A DNA stretch of 64,000 nucleotides from Chthoniobacteraceae bacterium (GTDB lineage: Bacteria > Verrucomicrobiota > Verrucomicrobiia > Chthoniobacterales > Chthoniobacteraceae), in assembly GCA_044221185.1 (NCBI GenBank), contig JBGAPP010000017.1, positions 4,018-68,017 of the forward strand, written 5' to 3'. How positions within the stretch are numbered: the stretch's first letter is position 1; every line of letters starts with the position of its first letter. The notes beneath the pieces are model-generated. The model did no database searches and was not told the DNA's origin. It worked only from the letters and a program-made list of their open reading frames with translations. Position numbers and translations under genes: made by a program. Below, in pieces: positions 56,295-64,000 of this stretch.

Positions 56295-56762
56295 ATGAAA
56301 TCTCCCGCCCTCGCAAGAATCTCCTGTGCAGCCGCCATCGCCGCATTCACCGTCGCGCCCCTCATGGCAGACTCCAACACCGAAAAGGGCGAGGCATACC
56401 TCAGGGAAAACGCCGCCAAGCCCGGCGTGAAGACCACGGCCAGCGGTCTCCAATACCGCGTCGTCCAGGAGGGCACCGGCAAGAGCCCGAAGGCCACCGA
56501 CACCGTCGTCGTGAACTACCGCGGCACGCTGATTTCTGGGAAGGAGTTCGACAGCTCCTACAAGCGGCACAAGCCCGCGGAGTTCCCGCTGAACCGTGTC
56601 ATCCCCGGATGGACCGAGGGCGTCCAGCTTATGAAGGAGGGCGCGAAATTCGAATTCGTGATTCCCTCGAAAATTGCCTACGGCGAGCGCGGCACACCCG
56701 GCGGCCCCATCCCGCCAAACGCGACGCTCATCTTCGAGATCGAGCTCATCACGGTGAAGTAG
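56295..56762 (+). CDS. FKBP-type peptidyl-prolyl cis-trans isomerase (secreted)
   Basis: Signal peptide. GLQYRVVQEGTG...VVVNYRGTLISGKEFDSS...VIPGWTEGVQLMKEGAKFEFVIPSKIAYGERG...LIFEIELI. Confidence 0.9.
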   Translation: MKSPALARISCAAAIAAFTVAPLMADSNTEKGEAYLRENAAKPGVKTTASGLQYRVVQEGTGKSPKATDTVVVNYRGTLISGKEFDSSYKRHKPAEFPLNRVIPGWTEGVQLMKEGAKFEFVIPSKIAYGERGTPGGPIPPNATLIFEIELITVK

Positions 56763-56824
56763 CGCGCACTGCGGCCGCCCGTTTGCGCTCGCCGCACGGG
56801 CAGCGCGGTGGCAGTTCCACGGCC

Positions 56825-57679
56825 ATGCCGCAGACATTGCTGAAGCTCTCCTGCCCCGACCGCTCGGGGCTGCTCTCGCGCATCACGTCGTTCATCGCGG
56901 AGCGCGGGGGGAATCTCTTCGAGGTGAACCAGTTCACGGACACGCGGGCCGGGTGGTTCTTCGCGCGGCTGGCGATCGAATCCGCCACGCTGCGCACACC
57001 GCTGCCGGAGCTGCGCGCTGAGTTCGCGCCGGTGGCGGCGGAACTCGGCGCGTCGTGGAGCCTGCGCCGCGAGTCGGAGCGGCCCCGCGCGGTGCTGATG
57101 GTGTCGCGCCTCGGGCACTGCCTGGTGGATCTGCTGTGGCGGTGGAAGGCGGGTGAGCTGCCGTGCGAAATCGCGGGGGTGATCGGGAACCACGCGGATT
57201 TCCGCGCGACGGTGGAGCGCGAGGGGCTGCGCTTCGAGCATCTGCCGGTGCGCGCGGACTCGAAGCGCGGGGACTTTGAAAAGATCGAGGCGCTCTGGCG
57301 GGAGATGGGCGCGGACCTTGTGGTGCTCGCCCGCTACATGCAGATCGTGCCGGGCGACGTGTGCGAGCGGTGGGAGGGGCGCATCATGAACATCCACCAC
57401 TCGTTCCTGCCGTCGTTCGTCGGGGCGGACCCGTATCGCCGCGCGTGGGAGCGCGGCGTGAAGATGATCGGGGCGACGTGCCACTACGTGACGGCGGAAC
57501 TCGACGACGGGCCGATCATCGAGCAGGAGGTGGTGCGCGTGGAGCACTTCCATTCGCCGGAGGATCTGCTGCGGATGGGGCGCGACGCCGAGCGGCAGGC
57601 GCTGGCCCGCGGCGTGCGCTGGCACGTGACGGACCGCGTGCTGCTGCACGGGAGGCGCGCGGTGGTGTTTCACGACTAA
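56825..57679 (+). CDS. purU: Formyltetrahydrofolate deformylase
   Basis: Internal ATG of ORF 56609..57679. N-terminal ACT domain (LLKLSCPDRSGLLSRITSFIAERGGNL) and a formyltransferase core (...VLARYMQIV..., NIHHSFLPSFVGADPYRRA..., GATCHYVTAELDDGPII). Confidence 0.9.
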   Translation: MPQTLLKLSCPDRSGLLSRITSFIAERGGNLFEVNQFTDTRAGWFFARLAIESATLRTPLPELRAEFAPVAAELGASWSLRRESERPRAVLMVSRLGHCLVDLLWRWKAGELPCEIAGVIGNHADFRATVEREGLRFEHLPVRADSKRGDFEKIEALWREMGADLVVLARYMQIVPGDVCERWEGRIMNIHHSFLPSFVGADPYRRAWERGVKMIGATCHYVTAELDDGPIIEQEVVRVEHFHSPEDLLRMGRDAERQALARGVRWHVTDRVLLHGRRAVVFHD

Positions 57680-57784
57680 GCTCGGATCGGCCCGGCGCTC
57701 CGCGCACACTTCCGTTTGCGCCGCGCGCGGAGGCCCCGACTCCATTGACCGCGACGCGCGGTGCCGATACGCTCGACGCCCCTG

Positions 57785-59155
57785 ATGGACACCGAATCCC
57801 CGCTGCTTGGCCTCCGCGGCTGCGTCATTGACGCGCCCGAACCCGGCAAGCTGCGCGCATGGCGCGACGGTGCCGTGGTGATCGGAGACGGACGCATCGT
57901 GGAGGTGGGGAATTTCCAGTTCCTCGGGAAGAAGACGCGCCCGAGGCCGATCCACTGGCAGCAGTCGGACCGCGCGATCATTCTTCCCGGCCTCATCGAC
58001 GTCCACACGCACCTGCCGCAATACCCGGTCGTGGCGCGCGGCCGCGGGCAGCTCCTCGAGTGGCTGCATCAGCACATTTACCCGCGCGAGCGCGGCTTCA
58101 CCGGTCCGGCGAGCGAGCGCGAGGCGGCGTGGTTTTTCTCCGAGCTGGCGCGCCACGGCACGACGGCCGCGGCGGTTTACACGGCGATCTATGAGGACTC
58201 GGCGGACATGGCGTTTGCCGCAGCGGCGGCGTCCGGCATGCGCGTGATCATGGGCCAGACGATGATGGATGTGGGCACCTACGGCACACTGCAGCCGCGG
58301 AAAATCCTGAGCGTGGCCCTGCTCGAGAGCGAGCGGCTCTGCCGCAAGTGGCACGGCGCCGCGGACGGGCTCATTGACTACGCGTTCAGCCCGCGGTTTG
58401 CGCTGGCGTGCAGCGAGCGGCTCATGCGCTCGGCCGCGGAGATGGCGCGCGACTTCGGCTGCTACCTGCAGACGCACCTCGCGGAGAACCGTGAGGAGTG
58501 CGACCGCGTGGGGCACCTCTTCCCCAACTCCGCGGACTACACGGGCGTGTATGAGAAGGCCGGGATGCTCGGGCCGAAATCAATCTTCGCCCACTGCATC
58601 CACCTTTCGCCGCGCGAGACTGCGGTGCTCGCCGAGAGCGGCACCGCGGTGGCGCACTGCCCCACGGCGAACCTCTACCTTTCCAGCGGAATCATGCCGC
58701 TCGGCGAGCACCGCGCCGCGGGCATCCGCGTGGGCCTCGGCACGGACGTGGCCGCGGGCCCCGAGCTGAACCTCTGGCAGGTGATGCGCAGCGCAATCGA
58801 AAGCCAGAAGGCGCGCAGCTTCCACCAGCAGGGAGTGGCCGTCCCCTCGCACGCCGATGCGCTGCACCTCGCCACGCAGGGCGCCGCGGACGCGCTCGGA
58901 AAGGGCGACATCATCGGCAGCCTCGACGCGGGCAAGGAGGCGGACATCACGGTGATGGATCTCGCCGCGCTGCTGCCCTACGGCGGCGACGGGATGAAGA
59001 TCGAGGACCTCACACCCGACGACATGCTCGCGCTCTGCATCTACCGCGGAGGCCCGCACGCGGTGCTGGAGACGTTTGTGCGCGGCGAGAGCGTGTGGCG
59101 CGCGGGCGGCAGCGCCGCGACGGAGGAGGACGCCGCCGTGATTGATGAGGAGTGA
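57785..59155 (+). CDS. Metal-dependent amidohydrolase, guanine-deaminase-like
   Basis: PGLIDVHTHLPQ, QTHLAENREE, FAHCIHL, and GLGTDVAAG are amidohydrolase metal-ligand motifs arranged as in guanine/chlorohydrolase-type deaminases. Start is either 57761 or 57785. Confidence 0.7.
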   Translation: MDTESPLLGLRGCVIDAPEPGKLRAWRDGAVVIGDGRIVEVGNFQFLGKKTRPRPIHWQQSDRAIILPGLIDVHTHLPQYPVVARGRGQLLEWLHQHIYPRERGFTGPASEREAAWFFSELARHGTTAAAVYTAIYEDSADMAFAAAAASGMRVIMGQTMMDVGTYGTLQPRKILSVALLESERLCRKWHGAADGLIDYAFSPRFALACSERLMRSAAEMARDFGCYLQTHLAENREECDRVGHLFPNSADYTGVYEKAGMLGPKSIFAHCIHLSPRETAVLAESGTAVAHCPTANLYLSSGIMPLGEHRAAGIRVGLGTDVAAGPELNLWQVMRSAIESQKARSFHQQGVAVPSHADALHLATQGAADALGKGDIIGSLDAGKEADITVMDLAALLPYGGDGMKIEDLTPDDMLALCIYRGGPHAVLETFVRGESVWRAGGSAATEEDAAVIDEE

Positions 59156-59159
59156 CGCG

Positions 59160-60035
59160 ATGCCCGGCCCGAACGAGAACCGAAAAAGCAGGAATGAAAC
59201 CGCGCACGATCCGGTCGCGCTCGCGCTGGCCGAGGACATCGGCTCCGGCGACCTGACGTGCGAATTTTTCGTGGACGCCGCGCGCCGCGGAAAAGCGCGC
59301 ATCTTCGCAAAGCAGCCGTGCATCCTCGCGGGCACCGAGGCTGCGGCACGTGCGTTCGCCCTCGTGGGCGCATCACTCGAGGTCCGCACTGTTCGCAAAG
59401 ACGGCGATGCCCTCCAGTCCGGCGACACGGCCATCGAGATCGCCGGCCCGGTCCGCGCGATCCTCACCGCCGAGCGGACGGCGCTGAATTTCATCCAGCG
59501 CCTCAGCGGCGTGGCCACGCTCACACGGCGCTTCGTCGAGGCGGTGAGGCCGCATGCCGCGCGCATCCTCGACACGCGCAAGACGACGCCTGGGCTGCGC
59601 GCGCTCGAAAAGGCGGCGGTGCTCGCAGGCGGCGGCACGAACCACCGCATCGGGCTTTTCGACATGGTGATGGTGAAAGACAACCACCTCGCGGCGGGAA
59701 CGGCGCTCGCACGGCTGCAGGAAGACATCCGGCGCTTCCGCGTCGCGAACCCCGGCGTGCGCGTGGAGATCGAGGCAGACCGGCTCGACCAGGTGCGCGA
59801 CTTCCTCGCGCTCCAGGGCGTGGATGTGATCCTCCTCGACAACATGACCACCTCGCAGCTCGACGAGGCGGTGCGGATGCGCGGTGGCCGCCCCATTCTC
59901 CTCGAGGCGAGCGGCGGCGTGACGCTGGAAACGGTGAATGCAATCGCCGCGACGGGAGTGGACTTCATCAGCGTGGGCGCACTCACGCACTCGGCGCCCG
60001 CGGTGGATTTCTCGCTCGAACTGGTCGAGGCATGA
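59160..60035 (+). CDS. nadC: Nicotinate-nucleotide pyrophosphorylase (quinolinate phosphoribosyltransferase)
   Basis: ALAEDIGSGDLT..., TAERTALNFIQRLSGVAT..., ILDTRKTTPGLR..., KDNH..., ILLDNM..., LEASGGV... Confidence 0.9.
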   Translation: MPGPNENRKSRNETAHDPVALALAEDIGSGDLTCEFFVDAARRGKARIFAKQPCILAGTEAAARAFALVGASLEVRTVRKDGDALQSGDTAIEIAGPVRAILTAERTALNFIQRLSGVATLTRRFVEAVRPHAARILDTRKTTPGLRALEKAAVLAGGGTNHRIGLFDMVMVKDNHLAAGTALARLQEDIRRFRVANPGVRVEIEADRLDQVRDFLALQGVDVILLDNMTTSQLDEAVRMRGGRPILLEASGGVTLETVNAIAATGVDFISVGALTHSAPAVDFSLELVEA

Positions 60036-61033
60036 GCGGGCTTTCGCTCGACGCACGGCTCCTCCGCGAACTGCGCGCGTCGGACGTCCACCTGCTGCCG
60101 GGCGACTTTGCGGAAACGCTCGGAGCAGCACGCGGTGAAATCGCAGAAGCTTTATCGCGTCTGCGCGATGCCGGCTTTGACATCGAGGAGCGCCCCGGCA
60201 TCGGCTGCCGCCTCCTCGGCGCGCCGGACCGCCTCATCGCCGACGATCTGCACGCACGCATCGGCGAATGCCCGCTCGCACGGGAGATCCTCGCTTTCGA
60301 GGAGACCTCTTCCACGAACGATGTCGCCGCGCGGCTTGGACGCGACGGGCGCGGCAGCGGAGTGCTGGTTTTCGCCGAGCGGCAGACCGCAGGCCGCGGG
60401 CGATTCGGCCGCCGGTGGGATTCCGCGCCGCGCGCGGGCCTGTGGTTTTCGCTGTTGCTGCGGCCGGATTTTTCCACGGCGCTATGGCCGCGGCTCACCA
60501 CATGGGCCGGCGTGAGCGCCGCGACGGCCATTGAGCGGACGACAGGGCTCGAAGCGCGGATGAAATGGCCGAATGACATCCTCGTCGGCGGCAAGAAAGT
60601 CGCGGGCATCCTCGCGGAGTGTTCCAGCGACGCGGGCCGCACCATGTTCGCAGTCATCGGCATCGGGCTGAATGTGAACCACGAGGCCATGCCGGACGAA
60701 CTGGCCGCACGCGCCGCGTCCCTGCGGCAGTTCGCCGGCCGCGCGATCGACCGCGCCGCGCTCGCCGCCGCCATCGTCGCCGAACTGGCCGCACGCCTGC
60801 CCGCCGTGGACGCCGATTTTCCCACGATCCTCGCCGAGGCCTCGCGCCGCAGCACGGTGCTCGGGAGCTGGATCCGCCTCGATTCGGCGGACATTTCGTT
60901 CGAGGGCCATGCCGAGGATCTGGACTCCGAGGGCAACCTGCTCCTGCGCCTCTCGGATGGCAGCCTGCGCACAATGACCGCAGGGGAAGTGACTTCGCAA
61001 ACAGCGCCAGCATTCGTGCCAGCCACAAAATAA
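60032..61033 (+). CDS. birA: Biotin-[acetyl-CoA-carboxylase] ligase with an N-terminal winged-helix domain (BirA)
   Basis: Internal ATG (ATGA overlap with nadC) of ORF 59258..61033. SSTNDVA..., ERQTAGRGRFGRRWDS (GRGRxGRxW), KWPNDILVGGKKVAGIL. Confidence 0.9.
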   Translation: MSGLSLDARLLRELRASDVHLLPGDFAETLGAARGEIAEALSRLRDAGFDIEERPGIGCRLLGAPDRLIADDLHARIGECPLAREILAFEETSSTNDVAARLGRDGRGSGVLVFAERQTAGRGRFGRRWDSAPRAGLWFSLLLRPDFSTALWPRLTTWAGVSAATAIERTTGLEARMKWPNDILVGGKKVAGILAECSSDAGRTMFAVIGIGLNVNHEAMPDELAARAASLRQFAGRAIDRAALAAAIVAELAARLPAVDADFPTILAEASRRSTVLGSWIRLDSADISFEGHAEDLDSEGNLLLRLSDGSLRTMTAGEVTSQTAPAFVPATK

Positions 61034-61113
61034 TTTTACCGGCCCGCGGGGAAAAGTTTCGCCGCCCGCGTCCGCGCACACTGGCTGCTAAGACGATTGG
61101 CAGCTCAACCCCG

Positions 61114-61848
61114 ATGCAACTCGTCTTCTCTGAATTCCAGGATCAACTCGTGCGAGGCCTGGCTCACCGGATGAACAACATCCTCTCCCTTTTCCACGGA
61201 TACCTCGGCCTGCTCATGGACGAGAAGAAGCTCGACCCGGTGACCAAGGAGGGCCTCACGCGCATCCGCGAGGGCGCCCGCGAGGCGACGGAGCTGATGG
61301 AGCGCATCAATGCCATCAGCCGCCCGGCCTCCAGCACGCCGCGGGAAGTGGATCCCGCCGACTTTTTCCGCCAGCTCGCGCCGACCTTCGAGCGGCTTCG
61401 CAGCCCGCAGGTCGCAGTGACTGTGGAGTGTCCCGCGGGGCTGCCGCACCTGTTTGTGGACACGTCGCGGATGAAGCTCGCGATCGTCGAGCTGGTGCGC
61501 AACGCGTGCGAGGCCGCTGCCTCGCGCGTCACCGTGCGCGTCGGTGCGGACCGCGGCGCCGAGCAGCCGGAGCTTTTCCCGAGCAGCGCGAACCGAGAGG
61601 GCGACTGGCTGAAGATCGAAGTCGTTGACGACGGGCCGGGCATCCGCACCGATGAGGCCGTGCGAATCTACGAGCCGTTCTACTCGACGCGGAAAAGGAC
61701 GCAGGCCGCGGGCCTCGGACTCGCAGTCGCGCTCGGCTGTGCGCAGCAGTTCGGCGGCGCGCTCCAGCACCGCAGCCGGAAGGGCGAGACGATCTTCCAG
61801 ATGTCCCTGCCCGCGCGCGCGCCGCAGCAGCTCAGCGCCGTGGCGTAG
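61114..61848 (+). CDS. Soluble histidine kinase (H-box + HATPase_c, no sensor domain)
   Basis: Internal ATG of ORF 60619..61848. GLAHRMNNILSLFHGYLGLL; ELVRNACEA; VVDDGPGI; GLGLAVALGCAQQFGGAL. Confidence 0.8.
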   Translation: MQLVFSEFQDQLVRGLAHRMNNILSLFHGYLGLLMDEKKLDPVTKEGLTRIREGAREATELMERINAISRPASSTPREVDPADFFRQLAPTFERLRSPQVAVTVECPAGLPHLFVDTSRMKLAIVELVRNACEAAASRVTVRVGADRGAEQPELFPSSANREGDWLKIEVVDDGPGIRTDEAVRIYEPFYSTRKRTQAAGLGLAVALGCAQQFGGALQHRSRKGETIFQMSLPARAPQQLSAVA

Positions 61849-61903
61849 CCGCCAGGCGCCAGCCGCATGGAGCGGATGACGGCGGGGACGAAGTGCGGCG
61901 TGT

Positions 61904-64000
61904 TTAGTTCTGCGAAAGCTTCGACGTTTTCGCTTCGCCGCCCTTCTTCGTCGCCTCGTATTGGGCGCGCAGCTTTTCCGCCTCGGCCTTCGCGGTCTCA
62001 AGCTCCTTTGCGCTGGCGATGGATGCCTTCTCCGCCTCGGCCTTCGTCTTCACGGCGTCCTTCTCCATCTGCGCGATTTTCCCCTTCAGCTCGGCAGCGA
62101 GCCTCTTCGCGTCCTCGATCTCCTTCTTCGCGGCGGCCAGCGCCTTCTCGGCGGGCACGACCTTCTTGTTGGCGAGCTTGAGTTCGAGTTCCTCCTTCTT
62201 CACGGCCTCGGTCAGCTCCGCGGGAACCTGCTTTGAAGTCTTCTCCGCGAGCTTTGCTGTGGCTTCGTCGAGCGCCTTGTGCGCGGCCTCCGCCGCCGTC
62301 CGCACGGGCTGGTAGGCGGCATTGGCCTTGTCGTGTTCGGGCGTGCCGCGCTGGAATTTCTCGCGCTCCTCGCGCAGCTTTGCCCGCTGCGCGTCGAGAT
62401 CGTCGGCCTTCTTCTTCGCGGCGTCCACGACGGCGGTGGCGGCTTTGATCTCCTCGGCCATCTTCGCGTCCGGCGGCGACTTTTTGTAATCCTCGATCGC
62501 CTTCTCGGCCTTCGCGAGCTCCGCTGCGGCAGCCTCGGCGTCCTTCTTCACCTTCTGCAGAGCCGCCTCCTTCTCGCCGATGATCTTCGGCGCATCGGCG
62601 ACCATCTTCTCGGAATTGACGATGCTCTGCTTTGCCAGCTCCACCTGGCGGAACGCGTCCTTCGCCGCGGCGATCAGATCGTCATGCTTCGACTGCTTCT
62701 CGGCGACAGTCTGCCGCGCGTTGAACACGGTCTGGTAGAGCTGCGCGCGCTTCCAACGGGCGATGCTCCCCTGCGACGCGGCAATCTGCGCGCTCGCCGC
62801 TTCGAGCGCGGACTTCGCGGCGGCGAGCGCCTTGTCGGCCTCCGTCGGCTGCGGTCCCGCAACAGCAGCCTTGGCGGCGTTCAGCTCGCCCTCGATTTTC
62901 GCCACCTCGGCCTTCTTCGCCTGCAGGGCATCGTTCGCACGGTTGTAATCGGGCGTGCCCTCCTTGAGCCTGCCACGCGCCGCGCGGAGCTGCTCGGCCT
63001 GCGCGTTCGCCGCATCGAACGACTTCTGCAGCGCCGCAGCCTTCGCGATGATCTCTGGCGTCGGCGTGTATTTCCCGGGCTGGAGTTTCGCGATGTCCGC
63101 GGCCGCCGCCTGCACGGCCTTCTCCGCCTCGGCGACCATCTTCGGCGCGGCACCCTTCACGCGGCCGGCCTCAGTCACCGCCTTCTGGTGCTGCTGGCGC
63201 AATTCCTCGGCGGATTTCTGCGCTGCGGCCACCGCGGCTTTCGCCGCATCCACCTTGTCGCGGCCCGGCGGGACTGGCGCGGCATCCACAGCGCGCTTCG
63301 CGTCGGCGACGGCCTTCTCGGCCTGCGCGACCTTCGGCTCAAATTCCTTCACCTGCTGCTCCGCCTTCGCAAACTCCGGCGAACCCGCTGCGGCCTTCGC
63401 ACGCACGTCCGCGCGCCTTGCGAGTTCAGCCTTCTCCTTCTCAAGAGTGTCCTGCGCGGTCTTCGCGGCAGCCTCGGCATTCGCCCGCTGGCGCGAAGCG
63501 GCGGCAGTCTCGATCTCCTGCGCGGTCTTGCGCGCAGCGGCGACCGCAGCCTGCGACTGATCCATCCGCGCCTTGATTCCATCGGCGGCCTTCTGCGCGT
63601 TGTCCGGCGCGGCTTTCGCGTCGGCCACCGCCTTCACCGCCGCCGCCTTGCGCTGCTCGGCTGCGGCGAGGTCCGCCTTGCGCTTCGCCTCCGCAGCCTC
63701 GCGCTCGGCTTTCACGCGCGCCTCGGAATCCACAACGGCCTTCTGCAAATTCGGCAGCACAGCCTGCGTGTCGGCGAGCGCCTTCTCCGTCTGCGCAAGC
63801 TGCTCGGCGATGCCGGGAGGATTCGCCGTGAAAGTCCCGAGCTTCTTGCCGTCGAGCGCATACACGCGGATGTCGCCGCCCCAGTCGGCGGCAATGACGC
63901 GCTCGCTGTTCAGCGAACTGCGCAGCGCCAGATCCCCGAGCGCCTCAGTCGCGAAAATCTGCTTTCCTGTCGCGTCCCAAACCTTCGCCACCTTGTCGCG
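61904..64000 (-). CDS. Beta-propeller (WD40-like) plus >600-aa Ala/Lys/Glu coiled-coil protein; 5' end outside window
   Basis: ORF 61904..63991 is open to the window edge (upstream codons RDKV...). ...VWDATGKQIF...IRVYALDGKKLGTF..., then uninterrupted AKAE-type heptad-rich sequence to ...KGGEAKTSKLSQN. Confidence 0.7.
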   Translation of the reverse strand, partial: RDKVAKVWDATGKQIFATEALGDLALRSSLNSERVIAADWGGDIRVYALDGKKLGTFTANPPGIAEQLAQTEKALADTQAVLPNLQKAVVDSEARVKAEREAAEAKRKADLAAAEQRKAAAVKAVADAKAAPDNAQKAADGIKARMDQSQAAVAAARKTAQEIETAAASRQRANAEAAAKTAQDTLEKEKAELARRADVRAKAAAGSPEFAKAEQQVKEFEPKVAQAEKAVADAKRAVDAAPVPPGRDKVDAAKAAVAAAQKSAEELRQQHQKAVTEAGRVKGAAPKMVAEAEKAVQAAAADIAKLQPGKYTPTPEIIAKAAALQKSFDAANAQAEQLRAARGRLKEGTPDYNRANDALQAKKAEVAKIEGELNAAKAAVAGPQPTEADKALAAAKSALEAASAQIAASQGSIARWKRAQLYQTVFNARQTVAEKQSKHDDLIAAAKDAFRQVELAKQSIVNSEKMVADAPKIIGEKEAALQKVKKDAEAAAAELAKAEKAIEDYKKSPPDAKMAEEIKAATAVVDAAKKKADDLDAQRAKLREEREKFQRGTPEHDKANAAYQPVRTAAEAAHKALDEATAKLAEKTSKQVPAELTEAVKKEELELKLANKKVVPAEKALAAAKKEIEDAKRLAAELKGKIAQMEKDAVKTKAEAEKASIASAKELETAKAEAEKLRAQYEATKKGGEAKTSKLSQN

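Overview
High-GC (about 65% by eye) bacterial chromosomal segment. The gene content (PEP-CTERM/exosortase locus, TamAB, G-poor C/A-rich leaders instead of Shine-Dalgarno sites) suggests Verrucomicrobiota or a relative; this is inference only. All calls come from reading the translations and the DNA; no searches were run.

Layout:
- 1-5.5 kb: a secreted Asp-repeat protein (partial), an HK/LuxR-type two-component pair, a membrane desaturase and an orphan OmpR-type regulator.
- 5.5-6.3 kb: a gap with no credible gene.
- 6.3-7.7 kb: a GalT-like HIT protein with a degenerate active site, and acylphosphatase.
- 8.0-22.7 kb: a metal-resistance island. It holds an anti-sigma / periplasmic sensor / ECF sigma trio in CnrYXH order, several small secreted Cys/His-rich proteins, a PocR-AraC regulator, an outer-membrane factor/adaptor/RND pump operon whose pump keeps the Cus-type Met triad, a P-loop NTPase and a PEGL-type P-type ATPase.
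- 22.7-25.8 kb: an orphan islet with a basic HTH protein, a Gly-tailed protein, a striking 21-bp-period palindromic repeat array, nested hairpins and inverted repeats, and a collagen-like tail-fibre-like gene flanked by simple repeats.
- 25.8-36.7 kb: an exopolysaccharide / PEP-CTERM locus (Wzc-like, Wza-like, outer-membrane barrel, PEP-CTERM substrate, TPR protein, exosortase-EpsI fusion, O-antigen-ligase-like protein).
- 36.7-42.6 kb: an Omp85/TamB pair.
- 42.8-61.8 kb: housekeeping and signalling genes (ppdK, a GAF/PAS histidine kinase with a CheY-like regulator, a TPR membrane protein with a TPR-AAA+ ATPase, GH15, an OtsA-OtsB fusion, FKBP, purU, an amidohydrolase, nadC, birA, a soluble HK).
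- 61.9-64.0 kb: a partial beta-propeller/coiled-coil protein.

I recognised no rRNA, tRNA, CRISPR array, transposase or integrase. Many long ORFs in the track are antisense or off-frame shadows typical of GC-rich DNA. The most unusual signals are the 21-bp array with its flanking structures (24.26-24.97 kb) and the CnrYXH-like/Cus-like hybrid island with its unexplained small Cys-rich genes.
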